Notes under the pieces: model-generated
Told to the model about the DNA's origin: nothing
The model's database searches: none
The model's input: only the letters and a program-made list of their open reading frames with translations
Shown: positions 9,483-19,375 of the stretch, one piece after another
Position numbering within the stretch: position 1 is the first letter of the stretch
How the letters are laid out: the number at the start of each line of letters is the position of its first letter
Position numbers and translations under genes: made by a program
IMG/VR virus record: IMGVR_UViG_3300042479_000799
Coordinates: 18,197 to 82,196 of that record
DNA length: 64,000 nucleotides
Reading direction: 5' to 3' (one strand)
From: a virus
Taxonomy: Duplodnaviria > Caudoviricetes

Positions 9483-11096
9483 ATGATTAATTTGGATGTA
9501 AAATGGAGTGACGTTTATGAAATTGAATCTAAAAGTGGAATACCACTATGGACACGACATTGGTTAATACCAATGAAGTGTCGTAATGAATTCTTTGTTT
9601 ATTGGAAGAGTAATAGTTTTAAGTTAAAAGAAAAAGGTTACGGTGTTAAAAAAATAGACAATGATTGGTTATTAACAGAAACACATACAACTGAAGATCA
9701 ATTTTCTAAAAAGAAAATAGTGAATACAGTTAAATCAGACGAACCACTTAAATCATATGAAGTTAAAACAACTGATGGTTTGCGTCCTTGGCAAGTTAAT
9801 GCGGTTTCAAAATTGTGTTCTGCCATTAAGAAATGGGGATGTGCAATTGATGGTAGTGACGTAGGCGTAGGCAAAACATATAATGCATGTGGTACTGCAA
9901 GAGAATTAGATATGGACATTGTTGTAGTATGTCCAAAAGCAGTAATGGAATCTTGGAAACGAGTAATTAAGAACCATTTTAAGTTGAATCATAGATTGAT
10001 AGGTGTTATTAATTATGAAATGTTGCGAATGGGTAAAAAAGACAGTATGATTGCATCTTATGTTAAGAGAAGAGATACTAGACGCAATGAATTTGTTTGG
10101 AATATTCCTAAATCTACATTAATCATTTGGGATGAAAGTCAAAAACTAAAGGGTGCAAATACAAAAAATAGTGAAACTTGTTTATCCGCATTAAAACAAG
10201 GTTACAAGATGTTATTTTGTAGTGCAACTAATGCAACTAATCCACTTGAGTTAAAGACAGTTGGTATGGCAATTAAGTTGTTTGAAAATAGTAAACAATA
10301 TTATACTTGGTTATATGCGCATGGTGTTTCCAAAGGTAGATTTGGATTACAATTTAATGACGACAAAGAAGTATTGAAAAAACTTCATGGAGATATATTT
10401 GTTAATAGAGGAGTAAGATTAACCAGAGATACAATTCCTAATTTTCCAGAAAGTCAAATTGATGCTGAATGTTATGATATGGAAGAAGATGCTCAAAATA
10501 AAATTAATAACATTTATTCAGAAATGGAAGATGAATTAGCTAAGTTACAAAAGAAGATAAAGAAAGAAAGTAAGGAAAACACTAGCGAATTGACTGCAAT
10601 TCTTAGGGCAAGACAAAAAATAGAATTAGTTAAGGTGCCATTATTCATTGAAATGGTTGAAGAAGCAATTGAAAATGGAATGAGTGTAGTAGTATTTTGT
10701 AATTTTACTGAAACTATTGATGCTTTATCAGAAAGATTAAATACTAAATGTATTGTTAACGGTGAAGCTAAGTATGCAAAAGCTAGACAACAAAATATTG
10801 ATGATTTTCAATCAGATAAAGAACGAATAATATTAGTTAATATTCAAGCTGGTGGTGCTGGATTAAGTTTACATGATTTGAATGGAAATCATCCACGTAT
10901 GTCATTGATTAGTCCTAGTTATTCTGCAGTATTAATGCGTCAAGCTACTGGACGAGTTTGGCGTGACAGTGCTAAAAGTAAAAGTATACAAAAGATTGTA
11001 TTTGTTGCAAAAACCGTAGAAGAAAAAGTTTGTGATAGTGTAAAGCTTAAACTTGAAAATATGGATTTACTAAATGATGGAGATTTAACAACATGA
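9483..11096 (+). CDS. Superfamily 2 (SNF2-like) helicase
   Basis: Walker A DVGVGKT, WDESQK, SAT motif III, QATGRVWR motif VI. Confidence 0.85.
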   Translation: MINLDVKWSDVYEIESKSGIPLWTRHWLIPMKCRNEFFVYWKSNSFKLKEKGYGVKKIDNDWLLTETHTTEDQFSKKKIVNTVKSDEPLKSYEVKTTDGLRPWQVNAVSKLCSAIKKWGCAIDGSDVGVGKTYNACGTARELDMDIVVVCPKAVMESWKRVIKNHFKLNHRLIGVINYEMLRMGKKDSMIASYVKRRDTRRNEFVWNIPKSTLIIWDESQKLKGANTKNSETCLSALKQGYKMLFCSATNATNPLELKTVGMAIKLFENSKQYYTWLYAHGVSKGRFGLQFNDDKEVLKKLHGDIFVNRGVRLTRDTIPNFPESQIDAECYDMEEDAQNKINNIYSEMEDELAKLQKKIKKESKENTSELTAILRARQKIELVKVPLFIEMVEEAIENGMSVVVFCNFTETIDALSERLNTKCIVNGEAKYAKARQQNIDDFQSDKERIILVNIQAGGAGLSLHDLNGNHPRMSLISPSYSAVLMRQATGRVWRDSAKSKSIQKIVFVAKTVEEKVCDSVKLKLENMDLLNDGDLTT

Positions 11097-11407
11097 AAAA
11101 AATTGTAGTAACCAGCCTAAATTGGAAAGAAATAGTTGAAGTAGACGATTCAATATTTGACGATTATAAAGTAGAAGCCTGTACACAAGCAATGGAAAGA
11201 GCAATTAATAATGGAAATTCTACCGTTACTGCGTTATTACAATGTTGGCTTGAACCAAAGAACAATAAGTCAAAGAAAACAGTATCAGTATACAATACAT
11301 ATAAGATATTGATTAACGCAGGATTTCATAGTAAAGCAGAAATCTTAAGATCTGTATTTTTATCAAGAACTAAAGTAGATTTGGCAGATGAGCCAATTAA
11401 AGGTTAA
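11093..11407 (+). CDS. Hypothetical protein
   Basis: ATGA-coupled to the helicase. Confidence 0.6.
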   Translation: MKKIVVTSLNWKEIVEVDDSIFDDYKVEACTQAMERAINNGNSTVTALLQCWLEPKNNKSKKTVSVYNTYKILINAGFHSKAEILRSVFLSRTKVDLADEPIKG

Positions 11408-11409
11408 TT

Positions 11410-12183
11410 ATGAACAATACCCCAGATATAAATGTTATCTTGGCCCAAATGGCTGAAATGCAAAAACAGTTAAATGATTTACAATCTCTTAAGAAAGATG
11501 TTAAAGAAATAAAAGAAATTAGTAGTATTGGTGAAGATGTTGCTAAAGAGGTTGCGGATGAAGTAAATCAATTAAAAGAAAATGGTGTTAGTATTCCACA
11601 TTTGGAAAAACAAGCACAATCGGTATTGTTTCCAAAAAGAACTGAAAAGGTTGGAATTGCAAGAATTTTGTTAGAATCTGAAATTAGGGAAGCAAGAGAA
11701 ACTAGTAGAAGTGCAAAAGAATGTTCTAAAAAATTAGGAGTAAGTTATACAACATATAAAAAATATGCTAAAATGTATGGTGTTCATGTTATTTGTGATC
11801 CTACTGTAAGAAAGACTAAAGATTTAAATAGTACAATTGATCCGAATAAAGGAAGATACCCATTAAGTAAGATATTGTCTGGTAAATGTCCTAATTTCCC
11901 TATTCATAGATTAAAAGATAAATTGATTAGGTCAGGCACAAAAAAAGCTGAATGTGAACAATGTGGATTTCACGAACGAAGAATTACTGACGGTAAGATT
12001 CCATTGTTGTTAAACTTTGAAGATGGTAATAAAACAAATCATAATATAGAAAACTTAAAGATTCTGTGTTACAACTGTACATTTTGTAGTGGTAGGGGAT
12101 ATATTAGACGTGGTACCATACATTTTAATATGGATCCTGATGTAATTCAAGGCGCAAAAAAACCAATAAGAGCTAGATTTTAA
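11410..12183 (+). CDS. HTH plus degenerate HNH-like zinc-finger protein
   Basis: KECSKKLGVSYTTYKKYA (HTH); CEQCG...LNFEDGNKTNHNIENLKILCYNC. Confidence 0.6.
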   Translation: MNNTPDINVILAQMAEMQKQLNDLQSLKKDVKEIKEISSIGEDVAKEVADEVNQLKENGVSIPHLEKQAQSVLFPKRTEKVGIARILLESEIREARETSRSAKECSKKLGVSYTTYKKYAKMYGVHVICDPTVRKTKDLNSTIDPNKGRYPLSKILSGKCPNFPIHRLKDKLIRSGTKKAECEQCGFHERRITDGKIPLLLNFEDGNKTNHNIENLKILCYNCTFCSGRGYIRRGTIHFNMDPDVIQGAKKPIRARF

Positions 12184-12220
12184 AATAAAGTTATTATATC
12201 TAACACGATATTTATACTTT

Positions 12221-12745
12221 ATGAAAACATTTAATCATTTAATTGCTAAACACGGTGTATTAATATCTTTTAGTATTGCGAAAAAGTTAAATAGTGATAA
12301 TATTAAAGCAATTACTGATGAAATTAACAAATTGGGTGGAGACAAGAAAACACGGAGTCAATTATTAGAAGAAGAAATCAAAAGAAATACTATGGATTCG
12401 TTGAAATTGACAGATGTACCTGGATTAATAATGACTAAAAGTGAAATCATCAGAGAAAAATTCATAGAAAATAGTTTTATGAAAGATGATAAAACGGTAA
12501 TTTCATTGATGATACTCGCAAATTTATTATCTAAGAAAATATTAGATAAAAAAGCACCAAAAGAACAAATGTGCTTCATTTTAATTTCTTTGATCAATTC
12601 GTTGGGATTGTCAGATACAGATTTCAAAAATTTTCATCAAAAACATAATCCAAATTTTATGGGTGATGACAATGATGATGATTTTGACGACTTCGATGAT
12701 GACGAAGAAGATATGGAAGACGATGACGAAGATGGGGAATTTTAA
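12221..12745 (+). CDS. Hypothetical protein with acidic C-terminal tail
   Basis: D/E run at C-terminus; TATTTATA at 12209-12216. Confidence 0.6.
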   Translation: MKTFNHLIAKHGVLISFSIAKKLNSDNIKAITDEINKLGGDKKTRSQLLEEEIKRNTMDSLKLTDVPGLIMTKSEIIREKFIENSFMKDDKTVISLMILANLLSKKILDKKAPKEQMCFILISLINSLGLSDTDFKNFHQKHNPNFMGDDNDDDFDDFDDDEEDMEDDDEDGEF

Positions 12746-13140
12746 TAAAAATATACTTTTAATTTATCGTATCCATCTACTATAGTTAGTCCTTTATAGT
12801 GCCATTTTTCTTTCTTGGATTTTTCTATTAATTCGGAATAACTAGTGTCATCTTTATTGATTTCTAAAACCGTACCAGAAACATCATTCTTTTGTATTTC
12901 TTTTTCTTTTGTTGTTGATATTAAATTTTGAATTAAGTTCTTAAACTTTTCACTTTTATTTATAAAAGCCAATATTTTATTCATAGCCATATCAACATTT
13001 TCTTTGGATACATTTTGTTTGATAGTTACACATGGTGAATATAAACCTGGGAAGTCTTTTACTATATTAACAAAATTATCTTTGTCATTTAATATATCCA
13101 ATATAATTTCTTTTGTAACCATATATTCATATATATACAT
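12742..13140 (-). CDS. Hypothetical protein
   Basis: 132-aa ORF filling the gap between + strand genes. Confidence 0.5.
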   Translation of the reverse strand: MYIYEYMVTKEIILDILNDKDNFVNIVKDFPGLYSPCVTIKQNVSKENVDMAMNKILAFINKSEKFKNLIQNLISTTKEKEIQKNDVSGTVLEINKDDTSYSELIEKSKKEKWHYKGLTIVDGYDKLKVYFY

Positions 13141-13166
13141 ATACTAACAATTATGTTATTTTTAAT

Positions 13167-14303
13167 ATGGTTTTTACTACAAAAGAAAATGAGGGTTCTA
13201 TGGATATATTAAACATTAATGACGCTAAGGTTTTAATTGGTACTAATAAAGTTGTATTTGTTACCGGTGTTACAGGTCAAGATGGTAGTCACATGGTTGA
13301 TCATCTTATCAAAACTACTGATTATTTAATTTTTGGTGGTGTCAGAAGATTGAGTATTAAAAATCATGAAAATATTGAACATTTGGATAATAATTCCAGA
13401 TTTCATTTGGTAAATTTTGATTTAAGTGACGCTCATAGTATCAATAAAATTGTAGAATCATTGAAGCCAGATTATTTCATTAATTTAGCTGCACAAACAT
13501 TCGTAGGTTCATCATGGGATTTTCCCACACAAACTTGGGAATGTAATACTACAGGTGTGATTCATATTCTAGAAGCAATTAGACAACACAAACCATCTTG
13601 TAGATTTTACAATGCAGGTAGCAGTGAAGAATTCGGTGATGTCGCATACATTCCACAAGATGAAAATCATCCCGCTAAACCTCGTAGTCCATATGGTGCT
13701 AGTAAATCTGCAGCTAGACAATTAGTAAAAGTATACAGAGAATCTTATCGTTTATATGCAATTCAAGGTTTATTATTCAATCATGAAGGTACTCGTAGAG
13801 GTGAAGAATTTGTAACTCGTAAAATTACAAAGGGTGTAGCTAGAATTAAGAAAGCTATAATTGAAGGTAAAAGTTTTGTACCAATTGAATTGGGTAATGT
13901 AAAAGCCAAAAGAGATTGGAGTGACGCAGAAGATTTCGTTAAAGGTATTTGGTTGATGTTAAACCAAAAAGCTCCAAATGAATATGTACTTTCCAGCAAT
14001 GAAACACATACCATTGCAGAATTTGTATGGTATGCTTTTAAATCTGCAGGTATTGAAGGTGCATGGCATGGACAATCCGAATCTTCAGAATTTAGTATTA
14101 GTACAAAAGATGCAATCAAATATGATCCAGTAGTTTCTGTCTTGGTTAAAATCAATCCTAAGTTCTACAGACCTGCTGAAGTAGACTTATTACTAGGTGA
14201 TAGCACCAAAGCCAGAAAAGAATTGGGATGGAAACCAGAAACTTCATTTGAACAACTGGTTGATAAGATGGTTAAAAATGACTTAAAACAAATTGGACTA
14301 TGA
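13167..14303 (+). CDS. gmd: GDP-mannose 4,6-dehydratase
   Basis: TGVTGQDGS, NLAAQTFV, AGSSEEFG, PRSPYGASK, LFNHE, FVTRKIT, RDWSDAED, FYRPAEVDLLLGD. Confidence 0.95.
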   Translation: MVFTTKENEGSMDILNINDAKVLIGTNKVVFVTGVTGQDGSHMVDHLIKTTDYLIFGGVRRLSIKNHENIEHLDNNSRFHLVNFDLSDAHSINKIVESLKPDYFINLAAQTFVGSSWDFPTQTWECNTTGVIHILEAIRQHKPSCRFYNAGSSEEFGDVAYIPQDENHPAKPRSPYGASKSAARQLVKVYRESYRLYAIQGLLFNHEGTRRGEEFVTRKITKGVARIKKAIIEGKSFVPIELGNVKAKRDWSDAEDFVKGIWLMLNQKAPNEYVLSSNETHTIAEFVWYAFKSAGIEGAWHGQSESSEFSISTKDAIKYDPVVSVLVKINPKFYRPAEVDLLLGDSTKARKELGWKPETSFEQLVDKMVKNDLKQIGL

Positions 14304-14701
14304 GTGACTCTTATACATTATATAATGAAACGGTAATGGATCATTTTATGAATCCAAGAAATATGGGTGATATAAAAGATGCAGATGCTATTGGTGAAGT
14401 AGGCGCCGCCGCATGTGGTGATATCATGAAAATCACTCTTAAAATTGATGATGTTACACAAACAGTAACTGATGCGAGATTTAAGACATTTGGGTGTGGT
14501 AGTGCAATAGCTGCTTCATCTATGGCTACAGAACTAATAAAAGGCAGAACTATAGAAGAACTTCAGAAAAATTTTAACAATGATGATATTGTTACTGCGT
14601 TGGGCGGCCTCCCCCCAGTGAAAATTCATTGTAGCGTTTTGGCCACCGAGGCACTTAATGCTGCATTGGAAGATTACAAAAAGAAAAAGAAAATTAAATA
14701 A
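14300..14701 (+). CDS. iscU: Fe-S cluster scaffold IscU/NifU-N
   Basis: DHFMNPRN, ACGD, FGCGSAIA, LPPVKIHCS: all ligands and the HscA-binding motif present. Confidence 0.95.
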   Translation: MSDSYTLYNETVMDHFMNPRNMGDIKDADAIGEVGAAACGDIMKITLKIDDVTQTVTDARFKTFGCGSAIAASSMATELIKGRTIEELQKNFNNDDIVTALGGLPPVKIHCSVLATEALNAALEDYKKKKKIK

Positions 14702-14870
14702 ATCTACTGTTCATAAATTGGATTAGATTGTTATAATACTTTTCTAATCCTTTTTTTGTAACTCTTTTTTTTGCGCTATTGATTTTATATGCGTTGATCA
14801 TGTCACTTGTAACTTCCAAGTCACTTTCTTCATTCAACAGTCGAATTTTATCAATTTTATTTTTACGCAT
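14694..14870 (-). CDS. Small hypothetical protein (58 aa, not in ORF track)
   Basis: Manually read MRKNKIDKIRLLNEE...SRFI*. Confidence 0.45.
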   Translation of the reverse strand: MRKNKIDKIRLLNEESDLEVTSDMINAYKINSAKKRVTKKGLEKYYNNLIQFMNSRFI

Positions 14871-14872
14871 AA

Positions 14873-14909
14873 AAAACTTCTGATGAATAACTATAACATC
14901 AGAAGTTTT
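14873..14909. terminator. Intrinsic terminator-like hairpin
   Basis: AAAACTTCTGATG / CATCAGAAGTTTT 13-bp inverted repeat. Confidence 0.7.
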
Positions 14910-14925
14910 CGTTATAACTTTTTTA

Positions 14926-15567
14926 TTAAATAGTCAAAAAATGTTTCCAAGTGTGATGTTTTGCTTCTCTAATAAAAGCAGAAATTGGCATTGGATTTGG
15001 TTCAATAGGATCTTTTCTTAATTTGATTCCAATTTCACTGTTAAGTTTATTACCTTTTTTACTATTCAATTCTTTTTCACATACAACCATATTAGTCCAA
15101 GTGTCACCTCCACCTTTACTACGAGGAATAACATGATCAATAGTAGATTGATCCTTTGATAACTTCTTACCAGTATATTGACAAATACCTTGATCTCTAT
15201 TCCAAATACCATCTTTGCTAGGTTTTCCTTTAAATGTCTTAATAGGCATCTTATTGAAATTTGTAGCAATGATGACGGTTGGAACCCTAATGCTTCTGGT
15301 AGGACTATTTATGAACAAATCCCACGGTCTAATAGACAACAACATCCATTCATCCCATGAAACTGGATTCATACTCTTTGCTTCATCAAAGATTGGTTGT
15401 CCATTATCATCCAATTCATATTCAATATCCAATGCTAATGTAGATGGTTTACCATAAGATTCAGAACCACAAAGATCCACAATAGCATCTTTGACGGTTT
15501 TAAATCCAACTGGCTGCCAGTTAGCATTAAGATTCAAACATATAAGTTTATTTGCAACATTATTCAT
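14926..15567 (-). CDS. HNH endonuclease (McrA-like)
   Basis: RDQGICQYTG, TIDHVIPRSKGG, WTNMV...NSKKGNK. Confidence 0.85.
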   Translation of the reverse strand: MNNVANKLICLNLNANWQPVGFKTVKDAIVDLCGSESYGKPSTLALDIEYELDDNGQPIFDEAKSMNPVSWDEWMLLSIRPWDLFINSPTRSIRVPTVIIATNFNKMPIKTFKGKPSKDGIWNRDQGICQYTGKKLSKDQSTIDHVIPRSKGGGDTWTNMVVCEKELNSKKGNKLNSEIGIKLRKDPIEPNPMPISAFIREAKHHTWKHFLTI

Positions 15568-15594
15568 AACTCACCTTGTAAAAATAAGTATAGT

Positions 15595-15927
15595 TTACTT
15601 TTTATAAAGGTCAAGAGAAATTTTTTCTTTTGGTTGTAGACTTTCATCTAACCTATCAATAACCATCTGTAAACTGCCAATTTCAAACCATTCATTTTTT
15701 TTACTTTTGGCAAAATGCTTCATTTGTTCGTGTATATCTTTTTCCGCACTATAACAGTCTGGATGTTCTATATAATACTCTATTTTGTAATTTCTTAATG
15801 GACTGCTTGTTTGATATGTACGCAGTCTTGATTTAATGTCTTCAGTTACCCCTATCTTATAATAAGATGGAAAGTTACTGTTACTAATTACATAAATATA
15901 ACCTGATTTTTGTCTTTTTTCACCCAT
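15595..15927 (-). CDS. GIY-YIG-like T5orf172/MUG113 domain protein
   Basis: GYIYVI...YKIGVT...RLRTYQT...EWF; start set at ATG 15927. Confidence 0.75.
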   Translation of the reverse strand: MGEKRQKSGYIYVISNSNFPSYYKIGVTEDIKSRLRTYQTSSPLRNYKIEYYIEHPDCYSAEKDIHEQMKHFAKSKKNEWFEIGSLQMVIDRLDESLQPKEKISLDLYKK

Positions 15928-15995
15928 TTGTCCAATAAATATAGACAAATTTTAATTTTCTTTTTATTTATTTTAAGTGGTACCCCCATCACCCT

Positions 15996-16190
15996 TTATT
16001 TTTCATCCACATACACATATTCATCACTGAACATACTATATAAATAATCATGATGTTTATCGTCTAATAAATATTCATTAATATCAATAATACGACGGTC
16101 ATCATCACAATGACACTGCATATGAATTTTATCACGTTTTATCTTTGTCGCTGTATTACAGTAATTGCAGGATATAATTATATCTTCCAT
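15996..16190 (-). CDS. Small zinc-ribbon hypothetical protein
   Basis: CNYC...CHC. Confidence 0.45.
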   Translation of the reverse strand: MEDIIISCNYCNTATKIKRDKIHMQCHCDDDRRIIDINEYLLDDKHHDYLYSMFSDEYVYVDEK

Positions 16191-16221
16191 ACTACATAAA
16201 ATATCACACTAAATGCAAAAG

Positions 16222-16251
16222 AAAAGGGGTGTAACTTAATTGTTACACCCC
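16222..16251. terminator. Terminator-like hairpin
   Basis: GGGGTGTAAC / GTTACACCCC with A tract. Confidence 0.65.
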
Positions 16252-16272
16252 ACACAATATTGTAACACTAGG

Positions 16273-17052
16273 TTACAGATCACTATAGTTCTTCAGTTCA
16301 ATCTTACCATTCGTGATAGTAATATACTGACTAAGATTACAATCAATACAAATGTTGTTCGCATCAACAATACTAGCAAATCCTTCTCTGTGATATTGTG
16401 CAGCTTTACCTGTTTCCCATTGATTAGTATGTCCAACAATTTGTCTCAAATCATCAATAGGTTGAAACTCATGATCAAAATCACACCATACAATACCACC
16501 TGCCTTCAAGTTACCGCCACGAGCATGACCAACACCATAAAACCAATGTAAGTCATTAATCTTTAATTTAGTTCTAGCATCATTATCGTTTTCATCCAGA
16601 TACTTGAAGATAACTTCATTTGTGGCACAAATTGGAGGTAAAAATCGTTTATCCAAACCAGCGTGGGTTAATAGAATATCATCTACAACAATAGACCAGT
16701 AGAACTTATCTTGTATATCTCCTCGGACTTTACCAATGACTTTATCTATAGAATCATACTTCCATTGTTCATAACCACTACACCAAGATGTAGGAGCATT
16801 AAACAGATAATGTAGATCATGATTGCCAAATAGAGTATAGTTCTTTGGATTGGGAAGAAATACATCCTTTAGATATTTGGCTGTAGCAATATAATTTGAA
16901 GTATCATCAAGTGTGAAACTATCAAACCAGTCACCCAAACAAATATTGATATCACCATCTTCTTTTTTGAAGATACGGTCTATCTTTTCATAATTGTTGT
17001 GAGGATCAGCCGCAATTACAATCTTTTGTTTATTGGAACTTAACTTTAACAT
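16273..17052 (-). CDS. Calcineurin-like metallophosphoesterase
   Basis: ADPHN, LGDWFD, GNHD, THAG, GHT motifs. Confidence 0.85.
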   Translation of the reverse strand: MLKLSSNKQKIVIAADPHNNYEKIDRIFKKEDGDINICLGDWFDSFTLDDTSNYIATAKYLKDVFLPNPKNYTLFGNHDLHYLFNAPTSWCSGYEQWKYDSIDKVIGKVRGDIQDKFYWSIVVDDILLTHAGLDKRFLPPICATNEVIFKYLDENDNDARTKLKINDLHWFYGVGHARGGNLKAGGIVWCDFDHEFQPIDDLRQIVGHTNQWETGKAAQYHREGFASIVDANNICIDCNLSQYITITNGKIELKNYSDL

Positions 17053-17076
17053 ACCTAAAGTATAACACGGTTTATT

Positions 17077-17322
17077 TCAGAAGTCAATCGATTTTGTTTT
17101 AACTTTTGTTAAAATCCACTTGATCATTTCTTTTTTTGTAGATGGAACACCGTATTTTTTAATATTAAAGTATTCCATCTCCAATTCGTATAGTCGTTGA
17201 GTAGTGTCCATTTTTTCAAACCATTTTGAATCTGCTGGAGAATCGTCTGTATATTTTTCCAACATTTCTAAACATTCTATTAGAAATTCACATTCAATTT
17301 TGGTAAGAATTATTTTTTTCAC
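17077..17322 (-). CDS. Hypothetical protein
   Basis: 81-aa ORF in a minus-strand run. Confidence 0.45.
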   Translation of the reverse strand: MKKIILTKIECEFLIECLEMLEKYTDDSPADSKWFEKMDTTQRLYELEMEYFNIKKYGVPSTKKEMIKWILTKVKTKSIDF

Positions 17323-17379
17323 TTTTCAGTGGATTTGGACTTCTTTTTATCTCCCCAATTGATTTTATCGTAATTGGAA

Positions 17380-17820
17380 TTATAGATTTTCTTGTTCACC
17401 TGTCTGGGTTTGTCCCCCTTGCCATTCTGATGTGATTGATTGCTCATAAAAATGTTGATATCCTTTTTCTACAGTGTTAAAAAATTCTCCTTTATTAAAC
17501 AAATCTTCTGATAAAATTGTATCACTCTTCATAAAATATGAATTTTGATGTGTAATCCAAAATCCTTCTTTAGAGTCATCCTTTTCATATCCGATGAATA
17601 CAACATTAAACAATTGTTCATCAATATAGGGGCTCAATTCAGGATGTCCTTCTGGAATTGAAAATATATCATTTTCCATCCATTTATCATTTTCACGAAT
17701 ACACATGCATAATTGAATTTCTTGAGATTCTCCAATTTTAGCTTTAAATGCAAATGCGTTTGGTTTTTCCATATTATTCTTCATATTTTTCAATACATTT
17801 GCCACAAAGTTGACCGGCAC
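17380..17820 (-). CDS. Hypothetical protein (true start probably about 17784)
   Basis: ORF; 5' part overlaps the upstream small ORF. Confidence 0.5.
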   Translation of the reverse strand: MPVNFVANVLKNMKNNMEKPNAFAFKAKIGESQEIQLCMCIRENDKWMENDIFSIPEGHPELSPYIDEQLFNVVFIGYEKDDSKEGFWITHQNSYFMKSDTILSEDLFNKGEFFNTVEKGYQHFYEQSITSEWQGGQTQTGEQENL

Positions 17821-17953
17821 CTTCTATATAATTAACTCTAAAGTCAATGTGTTTATCTTTGGGTTCATTTGTTTCTATTCCACAGACAATACATTCATCC
17901 ATTTGAATCACTTTAAAGTCACCGTTTTTTAAATTTTCAATATTATTATTCAT
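17774..17953 (-). CDS. Small CxxC...CxxC protein (59 aa, not in ORF track)
   Basis: Manually read ...ECIVCG...YIEGAGQLCGKC... Confidence 0.55.
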   Translation of the reverse strand: MNNNIENLKNGDFKVIQMDECIVCGIETNEPKDKHIDFRVNYIEGAGQLCGKCIEKYEE

Positions 17954-17957
17954 AATG

Positions 17958-18299
17958 TTATTTCCACAAAACTTGTAATGTTACGATTAACCCACACAAT
18001 CCGATTAAAGTCAATGTTTTAATACTTAACCGTTCATTAAAATAAATAGTGGTTAATATGGTGAACATAACAATTCCGATGCTGAATGTAAAAATTCTAT
18101 TGGGCCACATTTTACCCTCAAAATATTCCGTCAATATCTTTGTTGCATAAATTGATAACAATGTATTAGGTACACTCAACCATATTAACCACATTTCATA
18201 CTTCTTGTAGAAGTTGTTAATAAACTGACCATATAGCTGATGCCAGCCAATGACATATACTACTAATAGTATTGATACAGCCAAAAACAACTTTGTCAT
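17958..18299 (-). CDS. Small multi-pass membrane protein
   Basis: Four hydrophobic segments in 113 aa. Confidence 0.6.
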   Translation of the reverse strand: MTKLFLAVSILLVVYVIGWHQLYGQFINNFYKKYEMWLIWLSVPNTLLSIYATKILTEYFEGKMWPNRIFTFSIGIVMFTILTTIYFNERLSIKTLTLIGLCGLIVTLQVLWK

Positions 18300-18490
18300 T
18301 TTGCCCTCAAAATTGTATTAAATTTATTAACAACTTCTTTACAAACACGACTGCCTTTGCTTAACTCAGCATAAGTGTTGTCATATACATTAACTAAGTC
18401 ACCCTCTTCAATTTTAGAACCCTCTTTTAATTTAATATACTTTTTAAGTTCAGATTCTTTTACTTCCACTATGTTATCAGCGCTCTTCAT
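18296..18490 (-). CDS. Hypothetical protein
   Basis: Coupled small ORF. Confidence 0.5.
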   Translation of the reverse strand: MKSADNIVEVKESELKKYIKLKEGSKIEEGDLVNVYDNTYAELSKGSRVCKEVVNKFNTILRAK

Positions 18491-18867
18491 ACAGTTTTGT
18501 TATAGGACTCTATATAAGATTCTATGTTGGATTTTCCGATAGGATTCATACTATGAACTACATATGGAGGATGTTTAATTCCTTTATTCATACAATAATC
18601 CACAAGCCATTTTGCACAATCATAACCAGTTTTCTCTTGATATTTATCATAATCAATGCCTCTGTCGTTTAGTCCATCACCATAATGGCAGTCTGATAGA
18701 TCGTGATCATAACAAACAAACTTAGGAAGTCCACGAAGTGTAATTAAATCAACAAACTCTTGATAGTTTCTTACAAGTGAATAGTGTTGATCTTTTGGGA
18801 TATCAACCCAAGTGACATTCGTTGGAACACGGATGTCATCCAAAAATAAATTATAGTTGGTTATCAT
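18487..18867 (-). CDS. Cyclic-phosphate-processing receiver (cREC) domain protein
   Basis: LFLDDIR, DHDL, TGYDCAKWL, VHSMNPIG. Confidence 0.8.
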   Translation of the reverse strand: MITNYNLFLDDIRVPTNVTWVDIPKDQHYSLVRNYQEFVDLITLRGLPKFVCYDHDLSDCHYGDGLNDRGIDYDKYQEKTGYDCAKWLVDYCMNKGIKHPPYVVHSMNPIGKSNIESYIESYNKTV

Positions 18868-19057
18868 ATTTTTTAAGTGATTCTTTTAAATTTTTTAAAC
18901 TTGTTTCTGTACAAGTCCAGATTACATCTGCTTTGTGTTTTTTACGATACTTATTTGCTTCAGTTAGTGATGCGTCTTCACTGAGACATTCTCCTAAAGA
19001 ATCAACACATAAGTTGTCATTTTTATCTAAAATTAGAACGTAGTAATTTGTTTTCAT
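18851..19057 (-). CDS. Hypothetical protein
   Basis: Overlapping small ORF in an operon. Confidence 0.45.
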   Translation of the reverse strand: MKTNYYVLILDKNDNLCVDSLGECLSEDASLTEANKYRKKHKADVIWTCTETSLKNLKESLKKYDNQL

Positions 19058-19260
19058 TATTTAACCTTCCGTTCCAAGTATACCACAAACTTTTTCATTG
19101 GTCTACCACTTTCAAAGGTATCACCGATAAATTCTGCTTTGGTGACACGATATCCTTTTGTTCCATAATCATTCATTACATTTTCAAGTTCAGCATAATC
19201 AATGACTGTATGTATTTTTATAGTATATTTGTATTTCATTGTCGTGGAACTACCAAACAA
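19057..19260 (-). CDS. Hypothetical protein
   Basis: Small ORF abutting its neighbours. Confidence 0.45.
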   Translation of the reverse strand: MFGSSTTMKYKYTIKIHTVIDYAELENVMNDYGTKGYRVTKAEFIGDTFESGRPMKKFVVYLERKVK

Positions 19261-19375
19261 CTTAAGTTTGGCATTGTATAACCTTGTTTAATTAGCTCAC
19301 GGGTATCTTTGACGATTTTATCAAAGTAAGCCAACTTCATCTTGATTTCTTCTTGTTCTTTCTTTGTAAGCTTCT

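Noticed and set aside
14926-15927. HNH and T5orf172 genes as a special system
   Set aside because: Ordinary free-standing phage nucleases with no flanking repeats or target evidence.
15978-15994. TGGTACCCCC resembling a tRNA 3' end
   Set aside because: No T-arm or complementary acceptor strand; runs straight into a CDS.
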